Of a DNA stretch of 60,000 bases, positions 25,159-39,300 are shown one piece after another. How positions within the stretch are numbered: the stretch's first letter is position 1; every line of letters starts with the position of its first letter. The position numbers and the translations under genes are program-made. The notes under the pieces are model-generated. The model ran no database searches and was not told the origin of the DNA. It saw only the letters and a program-made list of their open reading frames with translations. The DNA comes from Botryllus schlosseri. Lineage: Eukaryota. The stretch spans positions 24,182,001 through 24,242,000 of the forward strand of contig CM119371.1 in the NCBI GenBank assembly GCA_051294905.1. The letters are read 5' to 3'.

Positions 25159-28100
25159 TAGGGTTGTTCAAAATTTGGAAAATGTTTGGAATTCTGCGTG
25201 TCCATCGCTTATTCTGTAGATTATTGTTAAAAAACAATAATGGGCTTGAAAGAAGCTCGCAGGAAAGCCGGTAATATTTGTCTAAATGCGTTTGAAAGTA
25301 GCCGTCGGCGAGTGGGCGGGGAATCGATGAAGTGGGCGGGCAAAGAGAAGCCATTAATCCTGATTGGTTGAAGCCGGTAATAATAAGCTAGTGATTGGCT
25401 GAAAGACCGACTTTGTGAACACTGCTGGTAACGATTTTTGCGTGCTGTTGTGCAGTCGTTTCTGTTGGTGGCATTACAGACATGATATATTGCCTTTGTT
25501 AATGTTGTCATCAAGAGTCCATAGTACAACATCGCAACCGCCTAAGGTAATATCTACCTGCAGAAAGTGCTATGTATAGCACAGGTGCTCTCGCTAGTTG
25601 AGATACGAATAAACTAGATGCATGCATATTGCTACCTTCAACCTTTCCAAAAGTTACTGACAGTGAGTGAAACTCAAAAATTTACCACCAGGAGTCAACA
25701 TCTCAGTAGTACTTGTTATGACTGGTCGACATCTCACCCATAAACAGACGCATATTACACTTTTTATTCACAATTGAATGAAGGCGAAAAGCACTATTTA
25801 CAAAAGACATTAAAAAAGTACGTTGCAGATCAGTGTTGCATTGTCAGGCACAAGTTGCAGATTACAGGCTTTTGATTAGAGTTGACTTCCTGCTGTCTCC
25901 AACTGTCTTCCTATGCTGTTCCACAGCTTGAAGCAGACTGTCTCTTTGTTGTTCATTGCCAGTCAAGATTGCAGCATAGTCTGTGCTTAGCTTTACACCT
26001 CGTTCTGCGGCATCATTAACGACTTTGACAGAACTGATGTAGGAGCTCATTCTGGTGTAGGAATCTGATAAGTGCCAAACATCAACCGGTTGAGCTAGCC
26101 ACGCCCCAGAGCATTCAAAAACATCAAATATGTACCACGACTGTGGCCCAATAAAATCAGACAAAGTAGTGTCCTTGTTGATGTGTACAGTTGCATTCAA
26201 CGAGGGCGGGCCTCTCCTGAAACTTGAAGTTCGCTCTACCTGCAGGAGCGTCTTTGCCATATTTTCTCGGGTTTCATTGCTTTCACTCGGCGAAAACAAG
26301 GCATATACAGCGGTTTCCTCCACGATATACCAGTCATGCTTTAAAAGCTTTTGTGAAGCAGCTTTGGAAACTTGTTCATCATGTTCCTTGTAACTCAACA
26401 TGTCCTGGATGAATCTCAAGTCATTACCGGCTGCATCACGACCGATGCTGGAAGCAACCCAGGCAGGGATATAAAAGAGAACTAAAAATAAATTGAAGCG
26501 ATGCAGCAGTTCCACTTCTTCAGATTTGTAATGTAACTGATCAGCCCACATGAACATCTTCTGAGCATACAGAATTGTGCCCATCCATCTTGCATGGTGT
26601 GTTGCACCAGGTTTGTGATGATGTATATCTCCATCTGCACCGAGAAGAGCAAGAGCATTAGTCACACATTGTTTGTAGTCATCCCATGTGAAGAAATCTT
26701 TTCTGGCGAGTAGTAGCTTGAAGTTCTCAACTGTCATTGCTGCTCGTTCTTTAAAGCATATAGGAATAGTCAGAGTCTTGAATTGCTTTTTTCTGTCAAG
26801 ACTGCTCCAGCTCTTCTTAAGGTGGGCAAACCATGTGTTCTCTGGTCCGGTTGTTGCTTTTCCAAATAAACATTTCCAGACGTCTTTGACTACTAGCTCA
26901 TACACATGGTGCCGACACGCATGGTAAAAAACCTTCTTTCCTAGAAGGTCCTCAAGGATCTTCGCTGCACCCTTCTTCCAGCCGCTGTTGCTTGCTGTGG
27001 TGCCAAAAACCAAAGCTGTTACAGCATCTTGTATATCCCACTTTTTAATTATGTCGAAAGTAGTTTCAGCTTGTGTCTGACCTGCCGCATTTTGTATCTT
27101 CTGAATTCCAAGTAGTTTTCCTTCCGAGTATTGAGGTTGACAAGATAGAACAATTGACAAAGCTTCATATCGATTTCCTAATCTATCCTCTGTGAGCTTT
27201 CCATCCCAATGAATGGCAACATGCTGTGGTCTATTTTCGGCAAATTTTTCCAAAATGTCCTGAGATATTTCAGGCGATTTGTTTCCCTGGCTCTCTTCGT
27301 TGAAGATCTTGACAGGGAGAACATGGCTATATCTCCTCCACAAGCCTTAATAAATGGTCCCATCAACATCGTTGTCAGTTACTTGCAATCGATCCAGAGC
27401 TTGGGAAACATGCGTATTTTTCATAATATTTTTAGGTGCCATCAGTTTAATGGATTGGGTCGGGGTGCCAAGTCCAACATCAGCATCATAGTCAGAACTT
27501 GAACTCAAACTGTCACCCTCTTTTGAAGATGACGATGATGCTAAAACAACATAGTCACAACTTGAGTCGTGTGAAACGTTTTCAACAGTTTGATCTGCAA
27601 TGGCTGCTGTTTTCTTTTTGAGGTCTTTAGCCAGAATTTTGTCTCTTCTCAACATTATTGACTGGCGAGATTGCCGCTGATCTTCATAAAATGCAATGTC
27701 TTCAAGCTTTCTTTCATGTGATAGATAAATGTCATTTTTTATTGTTGTTATGGCATCTCTACTTCCAATATCCCACAGCTTGTCCAAATCATCAGTGAAT
27801 TTTGTCCTCTTACCCTTGGGATCACTTTCCTGTTTCGGATTATTCTTCAGATCACGCCATCTTTCGTGCAGGTTTTGAAGTGATCGCACCACATGTGATT
27901 TCTGCATTGTCGCAATTCTCGCCATTTTCCACACTGTCATTACATCATCCACCACCACAGTACATAGTTCATGAGCAGGGGTTGACTGAGGACAATGCTC
28001 TTTCAGATGCAGCAAGTAACTCATTACTTCTCGTATAGTAGGTAATCTCGAGCCACAGATGTAATCGCAAGTATATCCGACCAAGTACTGCTCAGATTTG

Positions 28101-28596
28101 GATCTTGTTCTTCGCTGCGGCATGTGTGCAATCTTTCGCCGTTTTGCCTCTGCCATGACTGCACTATTGTTGCTCCAAAGCATAAACTACTGCTATCGAC
28201 TCTGAAGCATTCAAAGAACACGTGTTACAGTACTACTAATGACTCATCAACACACAACGCGCTTGTACAGAACCACAACCGCTACTAACAGACTCTACCT
28301 CAGCAAAACAGACTTTCAATTTAGTAAAGCGAAGCTCCCGAATCCGAGTCAGCTGTTGCAGTAATCAGTGAAGCTTAGCCGATTACCCAATCAAGAACCG
28401 TTGTTTCGTGATTGCCCGCCTCTGCTGTCGGTTGCCCGCCCACTCTTCAACAACGACTTTCAAACGCATTTAGACAAATGTTAGAGGCTTTCCTGGGAGC
28501 TTCTTTCAAGCCCATTATTGTTTTTTAACAATAATCTACAGAATAAGCGATGGACACGCAGAATTCCAAACATTTTCCAGATTTTGAACAACCCTA
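25159..28596 (-). mobile_element. full-length hAT DNA transposon (hATm-like), copy 1
   Basis: ~140-bp near-perfect TIRs starting TAGGGTTGTTCAAAAT; perfect 8-bp TSD AGGTACAT (25151-25158 and 28597-28604). Confidence 0.95.
25862..28156 (-). pseudogene. hAT transposase of copy 1 (frameshifted)
   Basis: Motifs HWDGK, F(G)TTASNSG, ACRHH, PGATHHARWM, VVNDAAERG; frameshifts near 27370 and 27270; FDTT Asp replaced by Gly. Confidence 0.9.
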
Positions 28597-29008
28597 AGGT
28601 ACATGCTCGTTTAGTGTTGCTTTTTCATGCTGCTAGCGCTGTGCATAGAGTGACCCGCAGGTAAAATGCAATAAATTTCAACCAAAGATGATATAATGAA
28701 GTTAAAATTGTAATATATGACAAAAGTTCACAGTACAGAATCTACCAAGGCTCGTTTGTGAACGTGAACCTCTAAATTTCTGAGGTTCACACACTGAACG
28801 CGAACGTAAACCTTACGTTCACACCACCACTGCTTGCTACCTTATGCTATGTTGCTTCAACTTGTGTTCCGTTTTTTTTTCGATTTACCATTATCTGTCT
28901 CGCGACTAATCGGGATTCGTAACTCCTCTAGTAATCCATAGTAACAGTATCATGCCAATGCTGTGAGTGAATCACGGCAATCCACAGAGCTACCGAAAGT
29001 AATCCATA

Positions 29009-31295
29009 GTCGTTGGTGAAGAGTGGGCGGGCCACCGTCAGCAAAGTTGCGAAAAGGCGGGCAATCACGAAAGCACGGTTCGTGATTGGATAATCGGCTG
29101 AGCTCCAATGATTACTGCAACAGCTGACTCGGATTCAGGTGCTTCGCTTTACTAAATTGACAGTCTGCTTTGCTGAGGTCGAGACTGTTAGTAGCGGCTT
29201 TGGTTCTGTACAAGCACGTTGTGGGTTGATGAGTCATTTAGTAGTACTGTAACATGTGTTCTTTATAGGCTTTAGAGTCGAAAGCAGTAGTTTATGATTT
29301 GGAGCAACAATATTGCAGTCATTGCAGAGGCAAAACGGCGTAAGATTGTACACATGCCGCAGCGAAGAACAAGATCCAAATCTGAGCAGTACCATACTTG
29401 GTCAGATATACTTCCGATCATGTATGTGGCTCGAGATTACCTACTATACGAGAAGTAATGAGATAATTTATGCATCTGAAAGAGCATTGTCCTCAATCAA
29501 CTCCTACTCATGAACTAAGTAATGTGGTGGTGGATGAGGTAATGACAGTGTGGAAAATCGCGCGGATTGCGACAATGCAGAAATTTCATGTGCTGCGATC
29601 ACTTCAACACCTGCGCGAAAGATGGCGTGATATGGCCACCTTAAGAAGAGCTAGATCAGTTTTGACAGAAAACAGCAATTCAAGACTCTGACTATTCGTA
29701 TATGTTTCAAAGAACGAGCAGCAAGGACAGTTAATATCTTCAAGCTACTACTGACCAGAAAAGATTTCTTCACACGGGATGACTACAGACAATGTGTGAC
29801 TGATGCTCTTGCTCTTCTCGGTGCAGGTGAAGATATACATCATCACAAACCTGGTGCGACCCACCATGCAAGATGGATGGGCACGATTCTGTATGATCAG
29901 AAGATGTTAATGTGGGCTTATCAGTTACATTACAAATCTGAAGAAGTGGAACTACTGCATCGCTTCAATTTGTTCTTAGTTCACTTTTGTATACCTGCCT
30001 GGGTTGATTCCAGCATCGATCGTGATGCAGCCGGTAATGACTTGAGATTAACCCAGGACATGTTGAGTTACAAGGAACATGATGATCAAGTTTACAAAAG
30101 CTGCTTTAAAAAGCTTTTAAAGTATGACTGGTATATCGTGGAAGAAACCGCTGTATATGCCTTGTTTTCGCCGAGTGAAAGCATTGAAACCCGAGAAAAT
30201 ATAGCAAAGACGCTCCTGCAGGTAGAGCGAACTTCAAGTTTCAGAAGGGGCCCAGACTCGTTAAGTGCAACTGTACATATCAACAAGGACACTACTTTGT
30301 CTGCTATTATTGGGCCATAGTCGTGGTATATATTTGACCTTTTTGAATGCTCTGGGGCGTGGCTAACTCAACCGGTTGATGTTTGGAACTTATCAGATTC
30401 CTACACCAGAATGAGCTCATACATCGGTTCTGTCAAAGTCGTTAATGGTGCCACAGAAGAAGGTGTAAAGCTAAGCACAGACTATGCTGCAATGTTAACT
30501 GACAATGAACAACTAAGAGACAGTCTGCTTCCAGCTGTGGAACAACATAGGAAGACAGTTGGAGACAGCAGGAAGTCGACTCTAATCAAAAGTCTGTAAT
30601 CTGCAACTTGTGCCTGACAATGCAACACTGATCCTGCAGGTACTTTTTTAATGTCTATTGTAAATAGTGCTTTTTGCCTTCATTCAATCGTGAATAAAAA
30701 GTGTAATATGCGTTTGTTTATTGGCGAGACGTCGACTAGACATAACAAGTACTACTGAGATGTTGACTGCTAGTGGGAAATTTTTGATTTCCACTCACTG
30801 TCAGTAGGTATTGGAAAGGTCGAAGGTGGCAAGATGCATGCATCTAGTTTATTCGTATCTCAACTAGCGAGAGCACCCGTGCAATGCATAGCAACACTGT
30901 TATACACATTCTGCAGGTAGATAATAACTGTGGGGATTGCAATGTTGCACCATGGACTCTCGATCACAACATTGACAAAGGCAATATATCATGTCTGCAA
31001 TGCCACCAACAAAAACGACTGCACAACAGCACACAGAAATAGTTACCAGCAGTGTTCACAAAGGCGGTCTTTCAGCCAATCAGTAGCTTATTATTACCGG
31101 CTTAAACCAATCAAGATTATTGGCTTCTGTTTGCCCGCCCACTCGCAGACAGCTACTTTCAAACGCATTTAGACAAATCTTCCCGGCTTTCCTGCGAGCT
31201 TCTTTCAGGCCTATTATTGTTTTTTTATCAATAATCTACAGAATAAGCCATGGATACGCAGTATTCTAACATTTTCCAAATTTTGAACAACCCTA
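29009..31295 (+). mobile_element. older, 5'-truncated and internally deleted copy 3 of the same hAT
   Basis: Ends TTTTGAACAACCCTA; ~1-kb deletion at ~29632 joins RERWRD to HLKK; stops and frameshifts; visibly more diverged than copies 1 and 2. Confidence 0.9.
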
Positions 31296-31688
31296 ATGTG
31301 TATGTGTACTATGGTCAATGGTCATTTACACCAGACCAAACGGGAAAGTACATGCAGGGACTTCGTATGTCGTCAGCTCAGAGTAATTGCTAAACATATG
31401 CGATCTGACTAAATATGCTTTTGACACATTCTTACTTGGTATTTTTCAGAGCTTTTATATTGACATGTCTTAGAAATGACCACTTTTACTTGAAATTGAG
31501 AATAAATGTAAGGAGTTACTTGTTGTTATACTTAAGTAGCAACGCTGGTCAGTTCAACCACATCTGGTTTGAAGTAAACTATCATAGCTAATCGAAAACC
31601 ACCCTGAAAATGTAGACGTTATTATATTCAGAACTGTAGAGACGTTTAAACATGCAAAATACAACTGAGCTACTACATTAACATTCAG

Positions 31689-31856
31689 GTTTCGAAACTG
31701 TCGATATGGGATAGTACGATGACTTCGGATGTCTATAGTGATGTCGCGGCTATAATCAGTATCACGGGATGTTCGACGGTATTTTTAGGGAACTGCGATT
31801 TGACGAAACAGAAATTGGACAATTTCAGGACGACTGGCAAGGAAAATCAAATATCT
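31689..31856 (+). CDS. LRR exon A2
   Basis: ttcag|GTT..TCT|gtaagc, 168 nt: VSKLSIWDSTMTSDVYSDVAAIISITGCSTVFLGNCDLTKQKLDNFRTTGKENQIS. Confidence 0.85.
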
Positions 31857-32132
31857 GTAAGCTGCTTAATTTGATGCCAGAATTGCCGTTATTAGAATGT
31901 ATTTTACTAATATCAGAAGATGAAAATGGGAAGTAGAACTAATAAGCCGACGGCTTCACGAGCATTGTAAATATAATTTATGACAAATTGTAAACGCGAT
32001 CACGTCGCGATGAATATTTATAATAGCTGCTGTTTCCCGACCTTTCTTAAACAAAGAAGGAAATCCACCGTCATCTATTCTACATTGTATTTGTAGAGCA
32101 ATCAGTAATGGTAAAGAATTCCTATTTTAAAG

Positions 32133-32300
32133 CTCTCAAGTCTACAAATCATCGATGTCAAAATGCCAGCCGAAAGTTACGGTGAAATCGCAATTACACT
32201 CAAGTCCATCGGTTGCAAAGAGATAATGTTCGAAAACTGCGAATTGACGAGACGGAAGCTCTCTGAATTCTACACTGGATGTAAAGACCACCACGTATCT
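32133..32300 (+). CDS. LRR exon B2
   Basis: ttttaaag|CTC..TCT|gtaagt, 168 nt: LSSLQIIDVKMPAESYGEIAITLKSIGCKEIMFENCELTRRKLSEFYTGCKDHHVS. Confidence 0.85.
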
Positions 32301-33039
32301 GTAAGTTGGGATAATGTTCGCTAAACGTTCATTGCTTGGATTGAGATGTACCCGCGAGGATAATCTTGATCCACTTGTTGATAGCAAGATCCGACCGGCA
32401 TACCCCGCAGCAATATTGAGTGAAACGAGCGATATTAACATGAATTTTTCAGTTGTAAGGAGATTGGTAGACCTCGACGATAGAAAGATAGTTTATTTTT
32501 TGTGCTTGGTGGATTACGCTTAATACACAGTCAGGCCATAATATCGGTAACGTTAATTGGAACATTCATATTAAGGAGCAGAGCAGAAAGGAATAGAAAG
32601 ACACAGTGTAACGATAAGGCAGGATTATTCAGTGTAACGGAAAACTAATCAGTAATGACTTACAAATACAAGTACTCTACAACATGATATGGGATGGAAG
32701 AGATGTCGACTTGTCATGCTATCAAACAGACATTCGATATTTCCCAAACCAAGCGATCAGTCTTTTTACTGTGAACCCGAAATAATATTGTCAATAATAT
32801 TCGAAATATTGTCTCTTAATAGCCCTGCAATGGCTCTTAGAAATACTAAAATTTAATTGCGTTTTTTTATTTGAGATTACTGAAATTCGAAATTAAAACG
32901 TAGTTTGAGAAATAGCCACCGTATAAACTATTGCCAATTGATTATAGGGGTTAACTGTCTAAAACTATGAACTTGATAATTGATCTCGCCAACGCGGGTC
33001 ACAATAATCTCCGGGCTAGCAATAGCGATACTGCTCCTC

Positions 33040-33919
33040 GATTTGTATTGCAAAGGCTAGCAATAACTGCAGAGTCTAGCCAAGAAAATGTCGTCTAGCG
33101 ATAATTGCCAGAAAAGAAAGTATGAACAGTAAAATATAACGGTATTTAGAAACGTCAATACGAAACCAAACAACAAAACTTTGTCACGAGTTTCCCAACG
33201 GAGACGGATTTACGGAGTAATAAATTTACCGAGCTGAAACCTTCCTTACATTCTAATCTGAACTTAAAGGAACTGCTCCGCACAGCTTTGTCGTCATATC
33301 AGCCATATTCCATACACCTTGCAACCCAGGTGGAGACGAACCATATCACCACATACTATTGAACTAAGATCGGTAGTCTTGATTACATTTTGACGAAATA
33401 TATCCGTATTTCATAATTTTTGTGTTGTGGCTATTTTAACGCTAAGATTCTTGATTTGCTGGTCACGCATGAAGCAGGTCTTTCCACCCGGATAACTACA
33501 GATTCGTATAATACTTATACGCCGTGAAGAAACGGAGTTCAGGGTTGGATATGTTCGTCACAACAATTTTTAGCCTTCACCAAATCGAAAAGGGATGAAG
33601 AGCACCGCTTTAGAGAGTTAACTCCTATATACTCACAAATACTCAAAACATTGCATCTACATTAGAAAGTCCCTTAAAAACATAAATTTCTGCTACAATA
33701 TCGGCAAATCACTATGGAATACCGTTCTTGAATTTACGTGTCGAATAGGGCTACCTCACCCAATTGAAAATGAAAACGATCTTATGATATCAGATTGCCT
33801 TGTTCAAGCACTGTGGCATTTGTCGACCACATTGAAACTCATTTTCATGTTAGCCAAAGCGCAGTCAATCATATGCTGAAATTATGTCACTTCGTGTTGT
33901 CGACAAAATGACTGTACCA
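33040..33919 (+). pseudogene. decayed coding-like intronic block with LRR-like motifs (paralog at 48361-48810 plus 56990-57390)
   Basis: DLRSNKFTELKPSLHSNLNLKEL (DLRSNKITEL and KILDLRH in the paralog), ILKTLHLH, YLTQLKM among stops and frameshifts. Confidence 0.35.
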
Positions 33920-35584
33920 CAGGGGCGGGCAACTTCTTCAGTCGTCGGGCCGGATATAGGAAAATTAAGTACTTGGCGGGCCGGATTGCTGAATCGATAC
34001 ATTATTCGCACATTTACCCAGTTATACAAAGAATCGTATTTAATGAATGTATTTTACCGAGAGCAATGTCGCGTCAAAGTCATTTCTCGCCGATAATGAC
34101 GAAGACAATGTGGATTTGAGAACAGCATTGTCATGAATATGAAGCCGCCATCTCTGCTTCTCTCTGATCAAACAACACATTTTGAAATCCCTAATTAAGA
34201 TTTCAAGCAGGGCATGGTATGGTATGGTATGGTATGGAAGTATGGTATGGTATGGATCGATATTTTGGTATGGAATATGGTACAATGCAAGTATGGTATG
34301 GAATGGAAGATTTTAATCTATGGTATGGAACGACATTTCCATACTTCCATACTTTGGTATTTTATACATTTTATCGTGATCTGTGCAAGCTTCATGAAGC
34401 GTACGTTGTTCGCTGTTCAGTGATCACGGAATACGATCGATTTTGTTATGTGTGAACGTGAACTATTCAACGCTGCGTAGGAACAAATACACGCAACGGT
34501 TTTATAAGAGCAATTGGGAATACATGGTTTCGTGATGTAATAATGACAACATTAATGTTGATCCCATTCAGTTTTCCATGGTTGATCCTATATTCTACTG
34601 AGTCTAGACACGACGTCTCCGAACATAGTCTATCATGTGACCCAATCATTGGTAATGTAGGCCACTCCAACTACCTCATTCCTTGAGTGACGACAGCTTA
34701 CAAGTAATCATGATGCAAACGAACTAATTGCTCAATGTGACTGATAATTACATTTCCTCTGAAATATTGTCAGCACATTTACACTATATTTACATACCGA
34801 GATATCTTATTGGTCATATTTCAAACGCTCTCGCATTAATATTATAGATCAGGGAGTGGGGTAGATATAGTTTGAAATTCTCGCCACGCTAACCCCAACT
34901 AAATACTTTACTGATATTCACGCAGATCGCTGCAGTATTGATCGCCTACAGCTGGGATATTTTATTATTTTGCGAATATTTACTTCAAACTTGCATGTGC
35001 CTCATGCCAATGTACCGGAAATACGATGAAATTCTTATGGAGCAGGGGCGGGTAACTTCTTCAGTCGGCGGGCCGGATATAGGAAAATTAAGTACTCGGC
35101 TGGCCGGACTGCTGAATCGATACATTATTTGCCCGTAGATACAAGGAATAAATCGTATTTAATGAATGTATTTTATCGACAGCAATGTCACTTCAGAGGC
35201 ACTTCTCGCCGATAATGACGAATACAATGTGGATTTGAGAACCGTATTGTCATAGGCGTCGCCATGTCTGCTTCTCTGTGATCCACTAACTCACGATGCA
35301 ATCCTTAATTGAGATTTCAAAACGTTTGATAAGCCCGGTACCCAAAATTTACCAAGATATCAATTCATTAGGGTTGAGTACATCGTAAATGCCGATAGTG
35401 CAAGTCTTCTCGCTTCGACGAACTTACGCGTAAGCTCCACTCTTCCACGCTGTGCAGTGCGCACACGTATATAATAACATACAGTCACTAAAATTTGACG
35501 TTAAGGCAGGTAGTGGGGAATCTCGGCATACTGGGGCCACTGGCCACATTATCATGTAAGACGGCCGTATGTTGCCTGCTCCTG
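33920..35584 (+). mobile_element. composite hAT MITE (two left ends, one right end, passenger DNA)
   Basis: CAGGGGCGGGCAAC at 33920, repeated at 35043; right end GTTGCCTGCTCCTG; near-TSD CTGTACCA / CTGTACAC; empty site CTGTAAAC at 57389. Confidence 0.75.
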
Positions 35585-36357
35585 CTGTACACAATGTCAA
35601 CAAAATGAATAAGTGAACGACTCTTGGACTCTTGTAATGCTTTTGATCACTACAACTAAATCCCGCAGGTCAGGAACAGGTATAAAATGTTGTTGACCTT
35701 GTTATACGCAGACCCGTATATCCAACGAGTAAGTGAAAATGACAAAACATCGAGTGGCATGGAAATACGCCACAACCGCCAATACGTATTGTACAGTAAA
35801 TTGTTAGATTTTCCAGACTAGTCCGATCCCGCAATATCACTGATTATGCCTATGCATATAATTGCGGGTGTGGGAAGAATACATGAACAAATTCTCGAAA
35901 ATGATGTTTTTAGTAGACGTCATTTATCAGACATTTCTGACATTGGAATGGACAGATAAAATCGACATTATAGGTTACTCTTGCTGTCGACGTAAGTAGC
36001 CCTAAACAGAAAAAAACATCTAGTGTTCTCAAACTTGGCATTTACTTTACTTTGATTTTGATATCCATCTTTAAGTTAATTTATTGTACTGGAAACTTAC
36101 AGATATGAATATTCGTTTTCGCCAATTTGTTGACATATTTGATATTGCAATTCCTATATCATCGAAAATAGAATTATTTCTTGCTGTCGACGGCGAATAT
36201 CCCTGCACAAAAAAAAAATCATCTACTTTTTTAAAGCATAATAGTTACAATACTCTTATCTTGGTCTCAATTCACATTCGGCTCACGTAGAACAAGCCCA
36301 AAAGAATCAAGTCCGATACTGGGTAATCCAGTATCGAACTGGAATAGCCATATCCAC

Positions 36358-39300
36358 TAGGGTTGTTCAAAATTTGGAAAATGTTTGGAATTCTGCGTGT
36401 CCATCGCTTATTCTGTAGATTATTGTTAAAAAACAATAATGGGCTTGAAAGAAGCTCGCAGGAAAGCCGGTAATATTTGTCTAAATGCGTTTGAAAGTAG
36501 CCGTCGGCGAGTGGGCGGGGAATCGATGAAGTGGGCGGGCAAAGAGAAGCCATTAATCCTGATTGGTTGAAGCCGGTAATAATAAGCTAATGATTGGCTG
36601 AAAGACCGACTTTGTGAACACTGCTGGTAACGATTTTTGCGTGCTGTTGTGTAGTCGTTTCTGTTGGTGCCATTACAGACATGATATATTGCCTTTGTTA
36701 ATGTTGTCATCAAGAGTCCATAGTACAACATCGCAACCGCCCAAGTTAATATCTACCTGCAGAAAGTGCTATGTATTGCACAGGTGCTCTCGCTAGTTGA
36801 GATACGAATAAACTAGACGCATGCATCTTGCTACCTTCAACCTTTCCGAAAGTTACTGACAGTGAGTGAAACTCAAAAATTTACCACCAGGAGTCAACAT
36901 CTCAGTATAGTACTTGTTATGACTGGTCGACGTCTCACCCATAAACGAACGCATATTGCACTTTTTATTCACAATTGAATGAAGGCGAAAAGCACTATTT
37001 ACAAAAGACATTAAAAAAGTATGTTGCAGATCAGTGTTGCATTGTCAGGCACAAGTTGCAGATTACAGGCTTTTGATTAGAGTTGACTTCCTGCTGTCTC
37101 CAACTGTCTTCCTATGCTGTTCCACAGCTTGAAGCAGACTGTCTCTTTGTTGTTCATTGTCAGTCAAGATTGCAGCATAGTCTGTGCTTAGCTTTACACC
37201 TCGTTCTGCGGCATCATTAACGACTTTGACAGAACTGATGTAGGAGCTCATTCTGGTGTAGGAATCTGATAAGTGCCAAACATCAACCGGTTGAGCTAGC
37301 CACGCCCCAGAGCATTCAAAAACATCAAATATGTACCACGACTGTGGCCCAATAAAATCAGACAAAGTAGTGTCCTTGTTGATGTGTACAGTTGCATTCA
37401 ACGAGGGCGGGCCTCTCCTGAAACTTGAAGTTCGCTCTACCTGCAGGAGCGTCTTTGCCATATTTTCTCGGGTTTCATTGCTTTCACTCGGCGAAAACAA
37501 GGCATATACAGCGGTTTCCTCCACGATATACCAGTCATGCTTTAAAAGCTTTTGTGAAGCAGCTTTGGAAACTTGTTCATCATGTTCCTTGTAACTCAAC
37601 ATGTCCTGGATGAATCTCAAGTCATTACCGGCTGCATCACAACCGATGCTGGAAGCAACCCAGGCAGGGATATAAAAGAGAACTAAAAATAAATTGAAGC
37701 GATGCAGCAGTTCCACTTCTTCAGATTTGTAATGTAGCTGATCAGCCCACATGAACATCTTCTGAGCATACAGAATTGTGCCCATCCACCTTGCATGGTG
37801 TGTTGCACCAGGTTTGTGATGATGTATATCTCCATCTGCACCGAGAAGAGCAAGAGCATTAGTCACACATTGTTTGTAGTCATCACGTCTGAAGAAACCT
37901 TTTCTGGCGAGTAGTAGCTTGAAGTTCTCAACTGTCATTGCTGCTCGTTCTTTAAAGCATATAGGAATAGTCAGAGTCTTGAATTGCTGTTTTCTGTCAA
38001 GACTGCTCCAGCTCTTCTTAAGGTGGGCTCTGGTCCGGTTGTTGCTTTTCCAAATAAACATTTCCAGACGTCTTTGACTACTAGCTCATACACATGGTGC
38101 CGACACGCATGGTAAAAAACCTTTTTTCCTAGAAGGTCCTCAAGGATCTTCGCTGCACCCTTCTTCCAGCCGCTGTTGCTTGCTGTGGTGTCAAAAACCA
38201 AAGCTGTTACAGCATCTTGTATATCCCACTTTTTAATTATGTCGAAAGTAGTTTCAGCTTGTGTCTGACCTGCCGCATTTTGTATCTTCTGAATTCCAAG
38301 TAGTTTTCCTTCCGAGTATTGAGGTTGACAAGACAGAACAATTGACAAAGCTTCATATCGATTTCCTAATCTATCCTCTGTGAGCTGTCCATCCCAATGA
38401 ATGGCAACATGCTGTGGTCTATTTTCGGCAAATTTTTACAAAATGTCCTGAGATATTTCCAGACGATTTGTTTCCCTGGCTCTCTTCGTTGAAGATCTTG
38501 ACAGGGAGAACATGGCTATATCTCCTCCACAAGCCTTAATAAATGCTCCTATCAGCATCGTTGTCAGTTACTTGCAATCGATCCTCCAGAGCTTGGGACA
38601 CATGAGTATTTTTCATAATATTTTTAGGTGCCATCAGTTTAATGGATTGGGTCGAGGTGCCAAGTCCAACATCAGCATCATAGTCAGAACTTGAACTCAA
38701 ACTGTCACCCTCTTTTGAAGATGACGATGATGCTAAAACAACATAGTCACAACTTGAGTCGTGTGAAACGTTTTCAACAGTTTGATCTGCAATGGCTGCT
38801 GTTTTCTTTTTGAGGTCTTTAGTCAGAGTTTTGTCTCTTCCCAACATTATTGACTGGCAAGATTGCCGTTGATCTTCATAAAATGCAATGTCTTCAAGCT
38901 TTCTTTCATGTGATAGATAAATGTCATTTTTTATTGTTGTTATGGCATCTCTACTTCCAATATTCCACAGCTTGTCCAAATTATCAGTGAATTTTCTCCT
39001 CTTACCCTTGGGATCACTTTCCTATTTCGGATTCTTCTTCAGATCACGCCATCTTTCGTGCAGGTTTTGAAGTGATCGCACCACATGTGATTTCTGCATT
39101 GTCGCAATTCTCGCCATTTTCCACACAGTCATTACATCATCCACCACCACAGTACATAGTTCATGAGTAGGGGTTGACTGAGGACAATGCTCTTTCAGAT
39201 GCAGCAAGTAACTCATTACTTCTCGTATAGTAGGTAATCTCGAGCCACAGATGTAATCACAAGTATATCCGACCAAGTACTGCTCAGATTTGGATCTTGT

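Larger units (their letters stand above)
24429..28832 (+). mobile_element. ~960-bp hAT MITE that hosts hAT copy 1
   Basis: Ends TAGGGATGGTGTGAAC / GTTCACACCACCACTG, near-TSD CTCGCTAC / CTTGCTAC; uninterrupted relative at 43463-44452. Confidence 0.75.

Noticed and set aside
25148..25532. Conserved small ORFs repeated at 36272-36731 and 30930-31172
   Set aside because: They lie in hAT terminal/subterminal DNA and recur only because the element is multicopy.
25862..27343. Intact 493-aa transposase gene as given in the ORF track
   Set aside because: Its start is an artefact of two frameshifts; the true frame passes through the 27178-27369 frame, and a conserved Asp is mutated.
34214..34455. VWYGM-repeat peptide ORFs (also 10237-10669)
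   Set aside because: Translations of (ATGGT)n subterminal repeats.
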